Shown here: positions 8,590 through 16,909 of the stretch, in pieces
Numbering within the stretch: position 1 is the stretch's first letter
Layout: every line of letters begins with the position of its first letter
NCBI GenBank assembly: GCA_048882485.1
Contig: JBHLRP010000002.1
Coordinates: 6,527-70,526 of the forward strand
Source: Candidatus Thorarchaeota archaeon
Lineage (GTDB): Archaea; Asgardarchaeota; Thorarchaeia; Thorarchaeales; Thorarchaeaceae
DNA: 64,000 bases
Direction of reading: 5' to 3'
Translations under genes and position numbers: made by a program
The notes under the pieces: model-generated
The model's database searches: none
What the model was told of the DNA's origin: nothing
Seen by the model: the letters and a program-made list of their open reading frames with translations, nothing else

Positions 8590-9717
8590 TTGGAGCTTGA
8601 TGCTATCGAAGGACGAAGCCAGAGAGGAATCTCATTTGTGCATCCCTCGGTTACCACGATTTCCACGGCTCAATTGAGCTATGAAGGCGTGACAGTTTTC
8701 ACTGACATACGCACTTCAGAGAGAATAGCATCTGGCTCCATTGTAATCGATTCCAGAATATTCAATGAGTTGGGATGTGAAGAGCACAACGAAGTTACCT
8801 TGACAGCTGTTCCTGAGGTGATACCTGACTCCAGTGAGCTAACTCTGCTTGTTGATTCTCTGGAAGGACTAGAGAATACAAAAGCTGTGGATGCCTTATC
8901 CAGACGAATCGATGATCTCAAGGATCATCTTGATGGTCTGATTGTACGAATGGGGCAGCGGATTGATATTACTGAGCTTGGCATAGGATTGATCGTGGAT
9001 GACTCAAAGCCCGTTGCGGAACAGCTGCAGGCATCTAGGATTATGTGGGATCAGCTTTTGAAGGTCAATCTTGCGGCGCAAGCTGAATTTCCTTCTTGTT
9101 TCAATTTATGCTGCGTGGTAGACGTAGGAGCATCATCTGGTATTGAAGATGTAGAGATGGAAGATGGCACTGCAGGAATCACACGATTCGAAGCTAGTCT
9201 GTGTGCAATTAAGGCCATACTATCCTCTGCCAAGGAGTGCGATGACGCTTTGGTCTCAGCTGTTGCGTTTGGTGAGTCGTCCGTAGAATTGGCAAGTAGC
9301 GAAGGTAGCATACTTCAATTGAGTTCAGAATCGTATCAGCCAATCCACGATTGGCTTTGTGAACAGAATAATGACCGCAATGATGAACCATCAAATCCTG
9401 GGAGTGCCATGGATTTGTCTATTGGAGTAGCACACCAACTGAAATCGCGGAATGGACTCCCTGCCCTTGTGATATTCGTATCTGGTGGTGCATTCACTTC
9501 AGGTCGCAATCCGGTCATTACAGCAAGAAGAATGGGAGCGAGCGAAGGCATCTTTGTTACATGCGTGGCACTGGGAACCGAATCAGACATGGATTTAATG
9601 CAAGCTATTGCGGTTGCGGGTAAAGGGAGTCTGATTCATATAGACAAGTTCAAAGAAATTACATCAAGGATTGAGAGAATATTCGATAGGATTGATAACG
9701 AGGTTGTTGACAGGTGA
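8590..9717 (+). CDS. Cdc48-N-like + vWA protein with degenerate MIDAS
   Basis: FNLCCVVDVGASS; TRFEA; VIFVSGGAFTSG; alignable by eye to 15622..16902. Confidence 0.7.
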   Translation: MELDAIEGRSQRGISFVHPSVTTISTAQLSYEGVTVFTDIRTSERIASGSIVIDSRIFNELGCEEHNEVTLTAVPEVIPDSSELTLLVDSLEGLENTKAVDALSRRIDDLKDHLDGLIVRMGQRIDITELGIGLIVDDSKPVAEQLQASRIMWDQLLKVNLAAQAEFPSCFNLCCVVDVGASSGIEDVEMEDGTAGITRFEASLCAIKAILSSAKECDDALVSAVAFGESSVELASSEGSILQLSSESYQPIHDWLCEQNNDRNDEPSNPGSAMDLSIGVAHQLKSRNGLPALVIFVSGGAFTSGRNPVITARRMGASEGIFVTCVALGTESDMDLMQAIAVAGKGSLIHIDKFKEITSRIERIFDRIDNEVVDR

Positions 9718-10955
9718 ACGATGAAGCAATAACCAGACTTCAAGCAATGTATAGCAGTAGCGAAGTCCTTGGATATCTAATCTCGCAACTTCCAGAAAAG
9801 GGACTCAAATCGGGATGGGTTGAGGAAGGGCTGCTAGCAAAAGGACTCCAAGAGTCTTCAACTACGAAATTCAACCAAGAGAATTACATTGAACCGACTC
9901 ATGAAGCTATACATTTGATGGCTGATCGCGCAATGGATGCTCCTGGAAGAACTGGCATCTTCATTCTTGGAGAGCCGGGGCTGGCTTCATCAAAGCTCGT
10001 CGTTGTGCTATCAGACGATGAACGCGCGCGAGGGCGAGTCAAGCTGGCCACAACTATCTGGCTTCGTGACTATTCCCCACACGAAATCATTCGCCTTGTC
10101 TTGAAGTATATTCTTGGAGAGAAGCTCTCTCCGGAATTTGAGGAACCGCATCTGGATTATATTGAACAATTGAGAATAGACGCCATAGAATGGGAGGCTG
10201 CTGAAGTCCTTAGTCTGACTATCCCCGGGAGAAAATTCAACACTTCAATCTGGATAAAACAAGCAATTGAACTACCAGAGGAGGAATACTCAATTGCCCT
10301 GCGATGTGGGAAGTTGAGACAGATTCCAGCCTTTGCACTTCTCTTCAGCCGTTGGCTTATTGATTTGCCGATCTTTGAGGATTTGAATCTGGGAGTAGCC
10401 GCGGCTATTCTTAGAAAGGAGGACAGGGTGGAGCTAGCTATCTGGGATAATCCACGAGAATTAGCTACCTTCGCCATACTACTGGATACAGATCTTGAAG
10501 ACATTACACGCAAATTCCTGGTGCCTGCTTGGTTCGAGAGGGGTGACAGAGTTCATCCTCCAACAAGAACTAGAGAGGTGGTGGTGAGCAAACCTGGAGG
10601 TATAATTGAGGGGGTGAAGAAGTCCTTCACCTTTGTAGAACCAGTCAAAATAATGCTTAGTGATGAAGAGAAACAAGCAGCTCAATCTCTTACGAAATTG
10701 GTTGATGACTTAAGAGCGCGCATGGAGAAATTCCCAGTTGAGGAAATCATTGAAAGGCTGGAGATTGTTGAGAACCAATCCCAATTACTTGCCAAGCAGC
10801 TGAATTCATCCATGATGACAGGTGATTTTGGAGGAGATGAAGGTGTAGCTCTAGGGATGCTGCGTAACAAGCTTGGACATCTGCTTGATAGACTTGAAGA
10901 GCTATCTGCCAGACTGGGAAACATCGAGGAACGTGCCTCTCAGCTCATCGAATGA
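9714..10955 (+). CDS. hypothetical protein; candidate longin/uDENN (FLCN/SMCR8-like) N-terminus, C-terminal coiled coil
   Basis: GTGA overlap with upstream gene; VVVLSDDERARGRVKLATTIWL motif; heptads at the C-terminus. Confidence 0.55.
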   Translation: MNDEAITRLQAMYSSSEVLGYLISQLPEKGLKSGWVEEGLLAKGLQESSTTKFNQENYIEPTHEAIHLMADRAMDAPGRTGIFILGEPGLASSKLVVVLSDDERARGRVKLATTIWLRDYSPHEIIRLVLKYILGEKLSPEFEEPHLDYIEQLRIDAIEWEAAEVLSLTIPGRKFNTSIWIKQAIELPEEEYSIALRCGKLRQIPAFALLFSRWLIDLPIFEDLNLGVAAAILRKEDRVELAIWDNPRELATFAILLDTDLEDITRKFLVPAWFERGDRVHPPTRTREVVVSKPGGIIEGVKKSFTFVEPVKIMLSDEEKQAAQSLTKLVDDLRARMEKFPVEEIIERLEIVENQSQLLAKQLNSSMMTGDFGGDEGVALGMLRNKLGHLLDRLEELSARLGNIEERASQLIE

Positions 10956-11242
10956 AGTCGGATGTGAATCCTGTGCCAGAGAGTCCGAGAACCCCTCCTG
11001 CGGTAGGCCGGGTAGAAGAAACACTGACCATAATTGAGGAAATTGATGCGCGTTTAAATGATGTCAAAAAGATTCTATCCTTTATAGATGCGGAATCTAG
11101 GCGGCTAGAGGGATTGAGTATTCGTGACCATTTCAATACTATCGAGGAAATTGGCAATACAATAGATGCAATTGAAGTTGAAGTCAATGTGCTGGAAACC
11201 CGAATAGCTACAATTGAATCTCTCAAAAAACATCAGAAGTAG
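10952..11242 (+). CDS. small coiled-coil protein
   Basis: ATGA overlap with upstream gene; heptad pattern. Confidence 0.6.
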   Translation: MKSDVNPVPESPRTPPAVGRVEETLTIIEEIDARLNDVKKILSFIDAESRRLEGLSIRDHFNTIEEIGNTIDAIEVEVNVLETRIATIESLKKHQK

Positions 11243-13886
11243 AACGGTCAAGGTTTCCCATCACTAGTTTCTCAATAACATTTGCTAAGTAGCCCTCAAA
11301 AACATCAGCCGCAAAACTGGTCATGTGGTGCACTCTTACATTGATGTTTCTGAAATCAGGACTGAGGCTCTGAGCATCTTCTCCTAGGCTAAGAATCTCT
11401 ATTTGGTATCTATTTCTTGATGCTATTGCTTGGAGGAATGGTTTTGCATCTTCGAAGGTTTCACTGCCCAGATTCGCCATCAATACAATTAATGTTGGCA
11501 TTTCAGAACCGAAGTCCTCTAGGAACTCGGCTATAGCTCTAAATGCGCCTGATAACCTGGCTGAACCTCCGAAATCACGGGAACTATCCAATAGCGAATA
11601 GAGGATTGACACCAGAACATCCTCAGATGCAAAGTCATTAGAGAACTGCATTCTCGTCTGAATGATCTCTCCCTTTTGAATTGAGAATTTGGTGGGGGTT
11701 TCTCCAATTGTGACGATGCCCAGCGACCCATCAGTCCTATTCCCCGACAGACTCTGAATCAACAGCAAAGCTGCAAGTGTCGCCATATCCATTCTAGTTA
11801 TTGAGGTTCCAAGCTTGGATAGGAGGTCTTCAATCTCCGGCACCATCGAGGACAATGCGCCCAATCTTCGCTTTAAAGACTGCACGGTCTTGAGTTCTAT
11901 GTCTTGCACACCCATTCCACTATCCGTCGATATGGCTAGAACCATGTTGAATGGTCTGAACATCTGTGAAGGTCTGAATTCCAATGAGTCGCCAGTTAGT
12001 CTAGCTAATTCTCCGGGTTCCAGAGGTGGAACAGAGTGCGTGAGTGTCATGCAAGCGCCAGCATCACGACCATTGATCCAGATTGAAGTTCCCTTGCCCA
12101 AGATTTGGCCATTCAATGTCTTTTGCAGTCTTTCTGCATGCAGATATGCATATGACAGTAGTTCCGCTCTTGAGAATCCCTTAGTCGAGTCCAAGGCAAA
12201 GACAGCTTTCTCTAGGGTCTTAATCTTCCCTTCGCTCTTGACCATGTCCACAACCGATTCTTCCGAGAGTCCAAGAATAAGTGCATCATCTTTTGAAACA
12301 CAGACTGTTCGTTGAGGACATCCTGCATCTTGTTCGACATGCCCTGCCCACCACTGGCCTTCCATGGCATCCATGCCCAACACCAGGTCTCCATTTGCTA
12401 CACCCATAGCACGCATATCGTCTTCTGACATCAGCAGCGTTCCATTCTTAGTGCCTGACGTATTTAGCTTGAAATGCAGCGCAGAAAGAATCTCCTGCAT
12501 ATTCTTCACTTTCAGGCATTCTAGGAGGGCATGATTGAACCGGTTTATATCTGATGGCGACCGTAGAATGGGACCATCTGATCTGGCTGTTGATTGAACT
12601 AGAGCTTTGAGAGGGTCTACCACTCTATCCGGTGATTTTCTTGTGAGAGAATTTCTCCAACCGGAAACCGTGAGGGAGTCATCAGGCTCGTTAAGCAACA
12701 CAACAGTGTTGGCGGTCTTTGATATAGGATTTCTTACAGTTAGAATCGAATCATTGAGATGGATTTCGCCGCCTTCGTTTGCAATCATGTAATCAAAAGA
12801 CTCGATAATTTGGACCTTTCTGGCCGCGAGGATTCTAAAGATTCTTGACATCTCACTGAGTGATGCCTTTCCGATCAATCCTTCTGCAACCACACTGGAT
12901 GTGTTGTCCACATACTCGTAATAAGGAGGCCTTGGCGGTAACATACTGAGAAGGTTCCCTGCAAGAATCCTCTGTAGCTCTTCAGGAGTAGCTCCCAAAC
13001 TATTACTCAGAAGGAAGCTAATGATTTCTGTAATGCTATCGCCTTTCTGAGTTTCAGGATATGCACTCGCAAATACAAACTTCTTGGACCAATCAGAATC
13101 GTCTGTTGAGTTGCGAAGGTCTTTGATTAATGTTGACAATGAGGTTATAGTTGCACCAGCAAGCAGTAATCTGGAGTTTGGAATCTGAAGCAGCCGCATG
13201 ATCTCAGAGTTCCACGCCTTATGATCTCGAACCAAGAAAAGTGTGGGTGGAGCCTCAAGTCCAGCATCCTTTAGGAAGACCAGCCATTCCATTAATAAAT
13301 TTAGGTCCTCCTTCTTTTCCATCTCAATTAGCAGCGGCAACTGGGATTTGAAATAGCTCAGGAGATCTGGGCGATTGTCGTTTCTCAACGACTCTTTGAG
13401 GTCCAAAGCGGTCATTACCGCACCCCAGCCATTTCGACCTCGGCTGCCAAATCTCATGTCTTGAAGTCGATATAATCTTGAGCTAAAGGGTGGAGTGACA
13501 CTCCAGTTCTCAGTGCGTGTGATATTATTCCTACGCTGGTCAAGGGGCAGTTTCGTATCTCCCAGGCCTAGAAGTGGTCTAACTGCGAAGAGATCGGCAA
13601 ACCAGCCTAGTTCTGAAGAGGAAACATCGTGATATAGTTCGCTAAGAATAGGAGGTTTCTTGAGGTAGGCATATGCTCTTCGTGGGACATATTTGAAAGC
13701 CTCAGGATATTTGCTTGAGTAATCGAGTAGCTGATTCTCAACCATATCATAGAATGAGAGCACCCTATTCGGGTCAAAGATTCTGCTTTGAGAACCGGCC
13801 TGAATCTCTCCTAGTTGTATCAGCGCATCAACCACTAGGAAGCGCTTGACCTCGCCCTCTGCAGTGTCTTCAACAACAAGCATCAA
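11223..13886 (-). CDS. fusion of degenerate amidohydrolase, Cdc48-N-like and degenerate vWA domains
   Basis: Collinear similarity to 14028..15536 (VVDALIQLG vs IVDAHHHMG; LQRILAGN vs AQRILGGN) and to 15622..16902 (PFNMVLAISTDSGM vs PFNAVLCIDTSGSM). Confidence 0.75.
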   Translation of the reverse strand: MMLVVEDTAEGEVKRFLVVDALIQLGEIQAGSQSRIFDPNRVLSFYDMVENQLLDYSSKYPEAFKYVPRRAYAYLKKPPILSELYHDVSSSELGWFADLFAVRPLLGLGDTKLPLDQRRNNITRTENWSVTPPFSSRLYRLQDMRFGSRGRNGWGAVMTALDLKESLRNDNRPDLLSYFKSQLPLLIEMEKKEDLNLLMEWLVFLKDAGLEAPPTLFLVRDHKAWNSEIMRLLQIPNSRLLLAGATITSLSTLIKDLRNSTDDSDWSKKFVFASAYPETQKGDSITEIISFLLSNSLGATPEELQRILAGNLLSMLPPRPPYYEYVDNTSSVVAEGLIGKASLSEMSRIFRILAARKVQIIESFDYMIANEGGEIHLNDSILTVRNPISKTANTVVLLNEPDDSLTVSGWRNSLTRKSPDRVVDPLKALVQSTARSDGPILRSPSDINRFNHALLECLKVKNMQEILSALHFKLNTSGTKNGTLLMSEDDMRAMGVANGDLVLGMDAMEGQWWAGHVEQDAGCPQRTVCVSKDDALILGLSEESVVDMVKSEGKIKTLEKAVFALDSTKGFSRAELLSYAYLHAERLQKTLNGQILGKGTSIWINGRDAGACMTLTHSVPPLEPGELARLTGDSLEFRPSQMFRPFNMVLAISTDSGMGVQDIELKTVQSLKRRLGALSSMVPEIEDLLSKLGTSITRMDMATLAALLLIQSLSGNRTDGSLGIVTIGETPTKFSIQKGEIIQTRMQFSNDFASEDVLVSILYSLLDSSRDFGGSARLSGAFRAIAEFLEDFGSEMPTLIVLMANLGSETFEDAKPFLQAIASRNRYQIEILSLGEDAQSLSPDFRNINVRVHHMTSFAADVFEGYLANVIEKLVMGNLDRSTSDVF

Positions 13887-14027
13887 TTCATGCTCCCAGA
13901 AACTCTATTCTCCATTTTCTCACGTTTGGATATATGCCTGACGCAGATGCACTTCGTGCTTCTGTCTATGAAGGAATACTTTATCTCTCACAAGTCAGTA
14001 GGCTCCACTACCCGAGGCCGCATTTAG

Positions 14028-15536
14028 ATGTTGGTTGTTCGAGCACTTCAAGACATCCCAGAGAAAGGAATCAGAAAAGGAGATGAGTACAAACTATACA
14101 TTGTCGATGCTCATCACCATATGGGCAAAGAGAAGAGCCATCGGAATACTCCTGGCGGGGCATATGAGTTCTATGCGCTTCTATGGATCGAGATGCAGCG
14201 AATGGCTGAAAGAATGATGAATGACGACGCATTATTGTATGAGCCTGTCAGGATTGAGACACCCGAGTTGCCGGAGAGGATTTTTACAGCCAAAGAGAAG
14301 TGGGCACGGATGAATCATGGCTGGCTGGTCGACCGAACGATTGCTTTTCCTTACACAGATGACTACTCCAAGAGTCGGTCTCCTGATGAGCCATCGTTTT
14401 ATGTATCAAACGACAGGATTGCAGCTTGGACATCACGTGCCCCTCATTCATCTAGGCTTATTGGTTTCGCTCGAGTGGATCCAAAGGACGCCCTGAGTGG
14501 GACACCTGATTTACCAATTCGAGAGCTTGACAGAGCTATCGGAGAGCTCGGACTTAGGGGCCTGAAGCTCCATCCTCTTGCTCAGTTATTCTTGGAAGAT
14601 ATCGAGTCCGATTATATGAAGGCTGTAGTTGCTAGAGCAGGAGAGCTAGGCATCCCGGTGATTCTGGACACAAGGAACATCCGGACAGCTGAGAGAATAA
14701 GAGACCTAGTGGTATCAATGAGGGAGGATGATAGATATGCGAATGCCATGCGGGGACTGAGTATCATCCTCGCACACTGTGCTATGAGTCCAGGAAGTAC
14801 CAAGCTCTATGAAATATTGCGGGATCCTGCTATCTATGGAGAAACCTCTACACTCCATGACAAGGACGTGCCTGTTCTCTTCAGAATGTCGAATGATCGG
14901 CTAAACATGCCTACGGGGAGTTGGTCTGATCACCTGCTTTTTGGGACTGACTACACTTTTCTCTCGGTACAAGCTGTTGAACTCGTACTTCATCTTCTGT
15001 CTCGCGATTTTCCAGGTGGATTAGAAGACGCTCAGAGGATTCTAGGCGGAAATGCGTTATCCTTGGTTAATCGTCCATTTGGGACAGATAGAGCTATTGA
15101 GCGTCCTCCACAAGCAGTCGTCTGCATTGGTTGCGAAAGCGATGCAATAGTCACCCTTGAAGATACTCTAATGAAGCTGATTGCTGGCGAGGGTTGGGAT
15201 ATCACTTCCGTAGATTACATGATACCACCAAAGCACACTTGGCCTAAAATGCAATCCATCAGATTAGGCGGTCATAACGGCATTTACTTCGACTCGTATG
15301 TTATTTCTCTTGGCGTCCGTGGCGGCAAAACAGAATTGCATCTCTGGGTCAAAAGAGGCCCTGGTACCATAACAAGCTGTACCATTCTCGGTACAAAGGG
15401 CGAAGATTCTCTTGATAGCCTTGAGTTTGGGACTCAGAAGATTAATGCCACGTTCACCAAAGCGATTAATTCAAATCCCATCAAGAGCAGGACGGCATTA
15501 GACCTTACTAGAGAGGTTTTAAAGTTACTAGCGTGA
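14028..15536 (+). CDS. metal-dependent amidohydrolase (Amidohydro_2 family) with C-terminal extension
   Basis: DAHHH, RLIGFARVDP, GLRGLKLHP, ILAH, LFGTDY, RILGGNA. Confidence 0.85.
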   Translation: MLVVRALQDIPEKGIRKGDEYKLYIVDAHHHMGKEKSHRNTPGGAYEFYALLWIEMQRMAERMMNDDALLYEPVRIETPELPERIFTAKEKWARMNHGWLVDRTIAFPYTDDYSKSRSPDEPSFYVSNDRIAAWTSRAPHSSRLIGFARVDPKDALSGTPDLPIRELDRAIGELGLRGLKLHPLAQLFLEDIESDYMKAVVARAGELGIPVILDTRNIRTAERIRDLVVSMREDDRYANAMRGLSIILAHCAMSPGSTKLYEILRDPAIYGETSTLHDKDVPVLFRMSNDRLNMPTGSWSDHLLFGTDYTFLSVQAVELVLHLLSRDFPGGLEDAQRILGGNALSLVNRPFGTDRAIERPPQAVVCIGCESDAIVTLEDTLMKLIAGEGWDITSVDYMIPPKHTWPKMQSIRLGGHNGIYFDSYVISLGVRGGKTELHLWVKRGPGTITSCTILGTKGEDSLDSLEFGTQKINATFTKAINSNPIKSRTALDLTREVLKLLA

Positions 15537-15621
15537 CGGACTAGCTTGCACAATTCTTTATAATGAATCTGAAGAAGTGTTAAACAACTTACAATAGGAG
15601 GAGAATGACATCACCAAGACG

Positions 15622-16902
15622 GTGAAACTGGAGATTGATGATGGCGGAGACCTTCGAGGATACGCCGTTCTCAACCCAAAGACTGCTAAGAAGCTGAATG
15701 CTGAGCTGGGATCTATTGTTGTGTTTGAGGATCCAGCATCATCATTCTGGGGTGCTGCTCAAATAAGAATCAATGATGGTGTTCCGGCTGATAGAATCAG
15801 AATTGATACTCTGGTCCTTGAAGCCTCGCTCTTAATGGAAGGCGACACTGGCATTGAAGTGTCTCTGTATGATGAGGACATGATTGCCCTAGAATATGTG
15901 GAATTCGGGCTCAAGCCCCTCAGCGAGGATTCCAGTACGGAAGATCTTGTCACGCGAGCTGCTGAACAAGTCGCATCTTTAGAGAAGCTCATAGGTGGGC
16001 GTTTAGTATACCCGGGAATGTCATTCATTTGGCCGGAGTTGAACGTGAAAGTCGAGATAATGACAACTCGTCCATCTCTCTCTGGCAAGAGATTCGCCAA
16101 ACTCGCTTTTGAAGCTCTTAAGGAACGAACTGGTTATCAGTTCAAGACTATAGGAATTGCTACTCCTTTCAATGCAGTTCTATGTATTGATACCAGCGGT
16201 TCGATGAAAACAACTGATGTGCCTGTTCAGGATATAGCTCATGCACGTGAAGGTCTCAAAGATCTCGCCGGGGATAATCCAGAGGTCCAAGCATTTCTAG
16301 ATCGTTTCAAGGAAGGAACAAATGTCAGTAGAGGTGAGGCTGCAGCGATGGCAGTTCTCCTGTACCTTGCAGAAAAGGTTGGGAGAGGCTATGGCGAGAA
16401 GGTTGGAGTTGTGACTTTCGAGAAGGAGGTCACTGAGATGACTTTTTTGAGTTCGGAAACGGGAGAGGTCCAACCCTATGTTGAGTGTACCGGAAGAGAG
16501 AAGGCTCTTGGTCTTCAAATCATAAGCACTCACGTGGTGGACAAAATTGAGGAAGGAGGCACTCTAACAGATATGGGGACTGCTCTCGTACGAGCTGCAG
16601 ACATCATCAAAGCATTTGGAGACCCAACCAAGCCGACAATGGTCATCATGATGACGGATGGAATGACAACATCTGGCCCTGCTCCACTCAAGGTTCTCAA
16701 GGATCGATTCGCCGATACAACAAGTCTTGTGATTTATACAATCGGACTTGGCGAACGCAGCGAGATTGACGAGGAATTGATGCTCGCGATGGCCCAGTAC
16801 GGTAATGGGACATATCGCCATGTTGACAATATGAGAGATCTTCTAGAGTGGTATGGCAAGCTGGCAAGTGAATTTGCAATTGTCATACGCGGATCGGAAT
16901 AG
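15622..16902 (+). CDS. Cdc48/NSF-N-like (double-psi barrel) + vWA protein, intact MIDAS
   Basis: MIDAS DTSGSM, T in LTDMG, MTDG; N-terminus AVLNPKTAKKL...GSIV...RIRID...GD resembles Cdc48-N; own TATA (TTTATAA at 15557). Confidence 0.8.
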   Translation: MKLEIDDGGDLRGYAVLNPKTAKKLNAELGSIVVFEDPASSFWGAAQIRINDGVPADRIRIDTLVLEASLLMEGDTGIEVSLYDEDMIALEYVEFGLKPLSEDSSTEDLVTRAAEQVASLEKLIGGRLVYPGMSFIWPELNVKVEIMTTRPSLSGKRFAKLAFEALKERTGYQFKTIGIATPFNAVLCIDTSGSMKTTDVPVQDIAHAREGLKDLAGDNPEVQAFLDRFKEGTNVSRGEAAAMAVLLYLAEKVGRGYGEKVGVVTFEKEVTEMTFLSSETGEVQPYVECTGREKALGLQIISTHVVDKIEEGGTLTDMGTALVRAADIIKAFGDPTKPTMVIMMTDGMTTSGPAPLKVLKDRFADTTSLVIYTIGLGERSEIDEELMLAMAQYGNGTYRHVDNMRDLLEWYGKLASEFAIVIRGSE

Positions 16903-16909
16903 TTATGAA

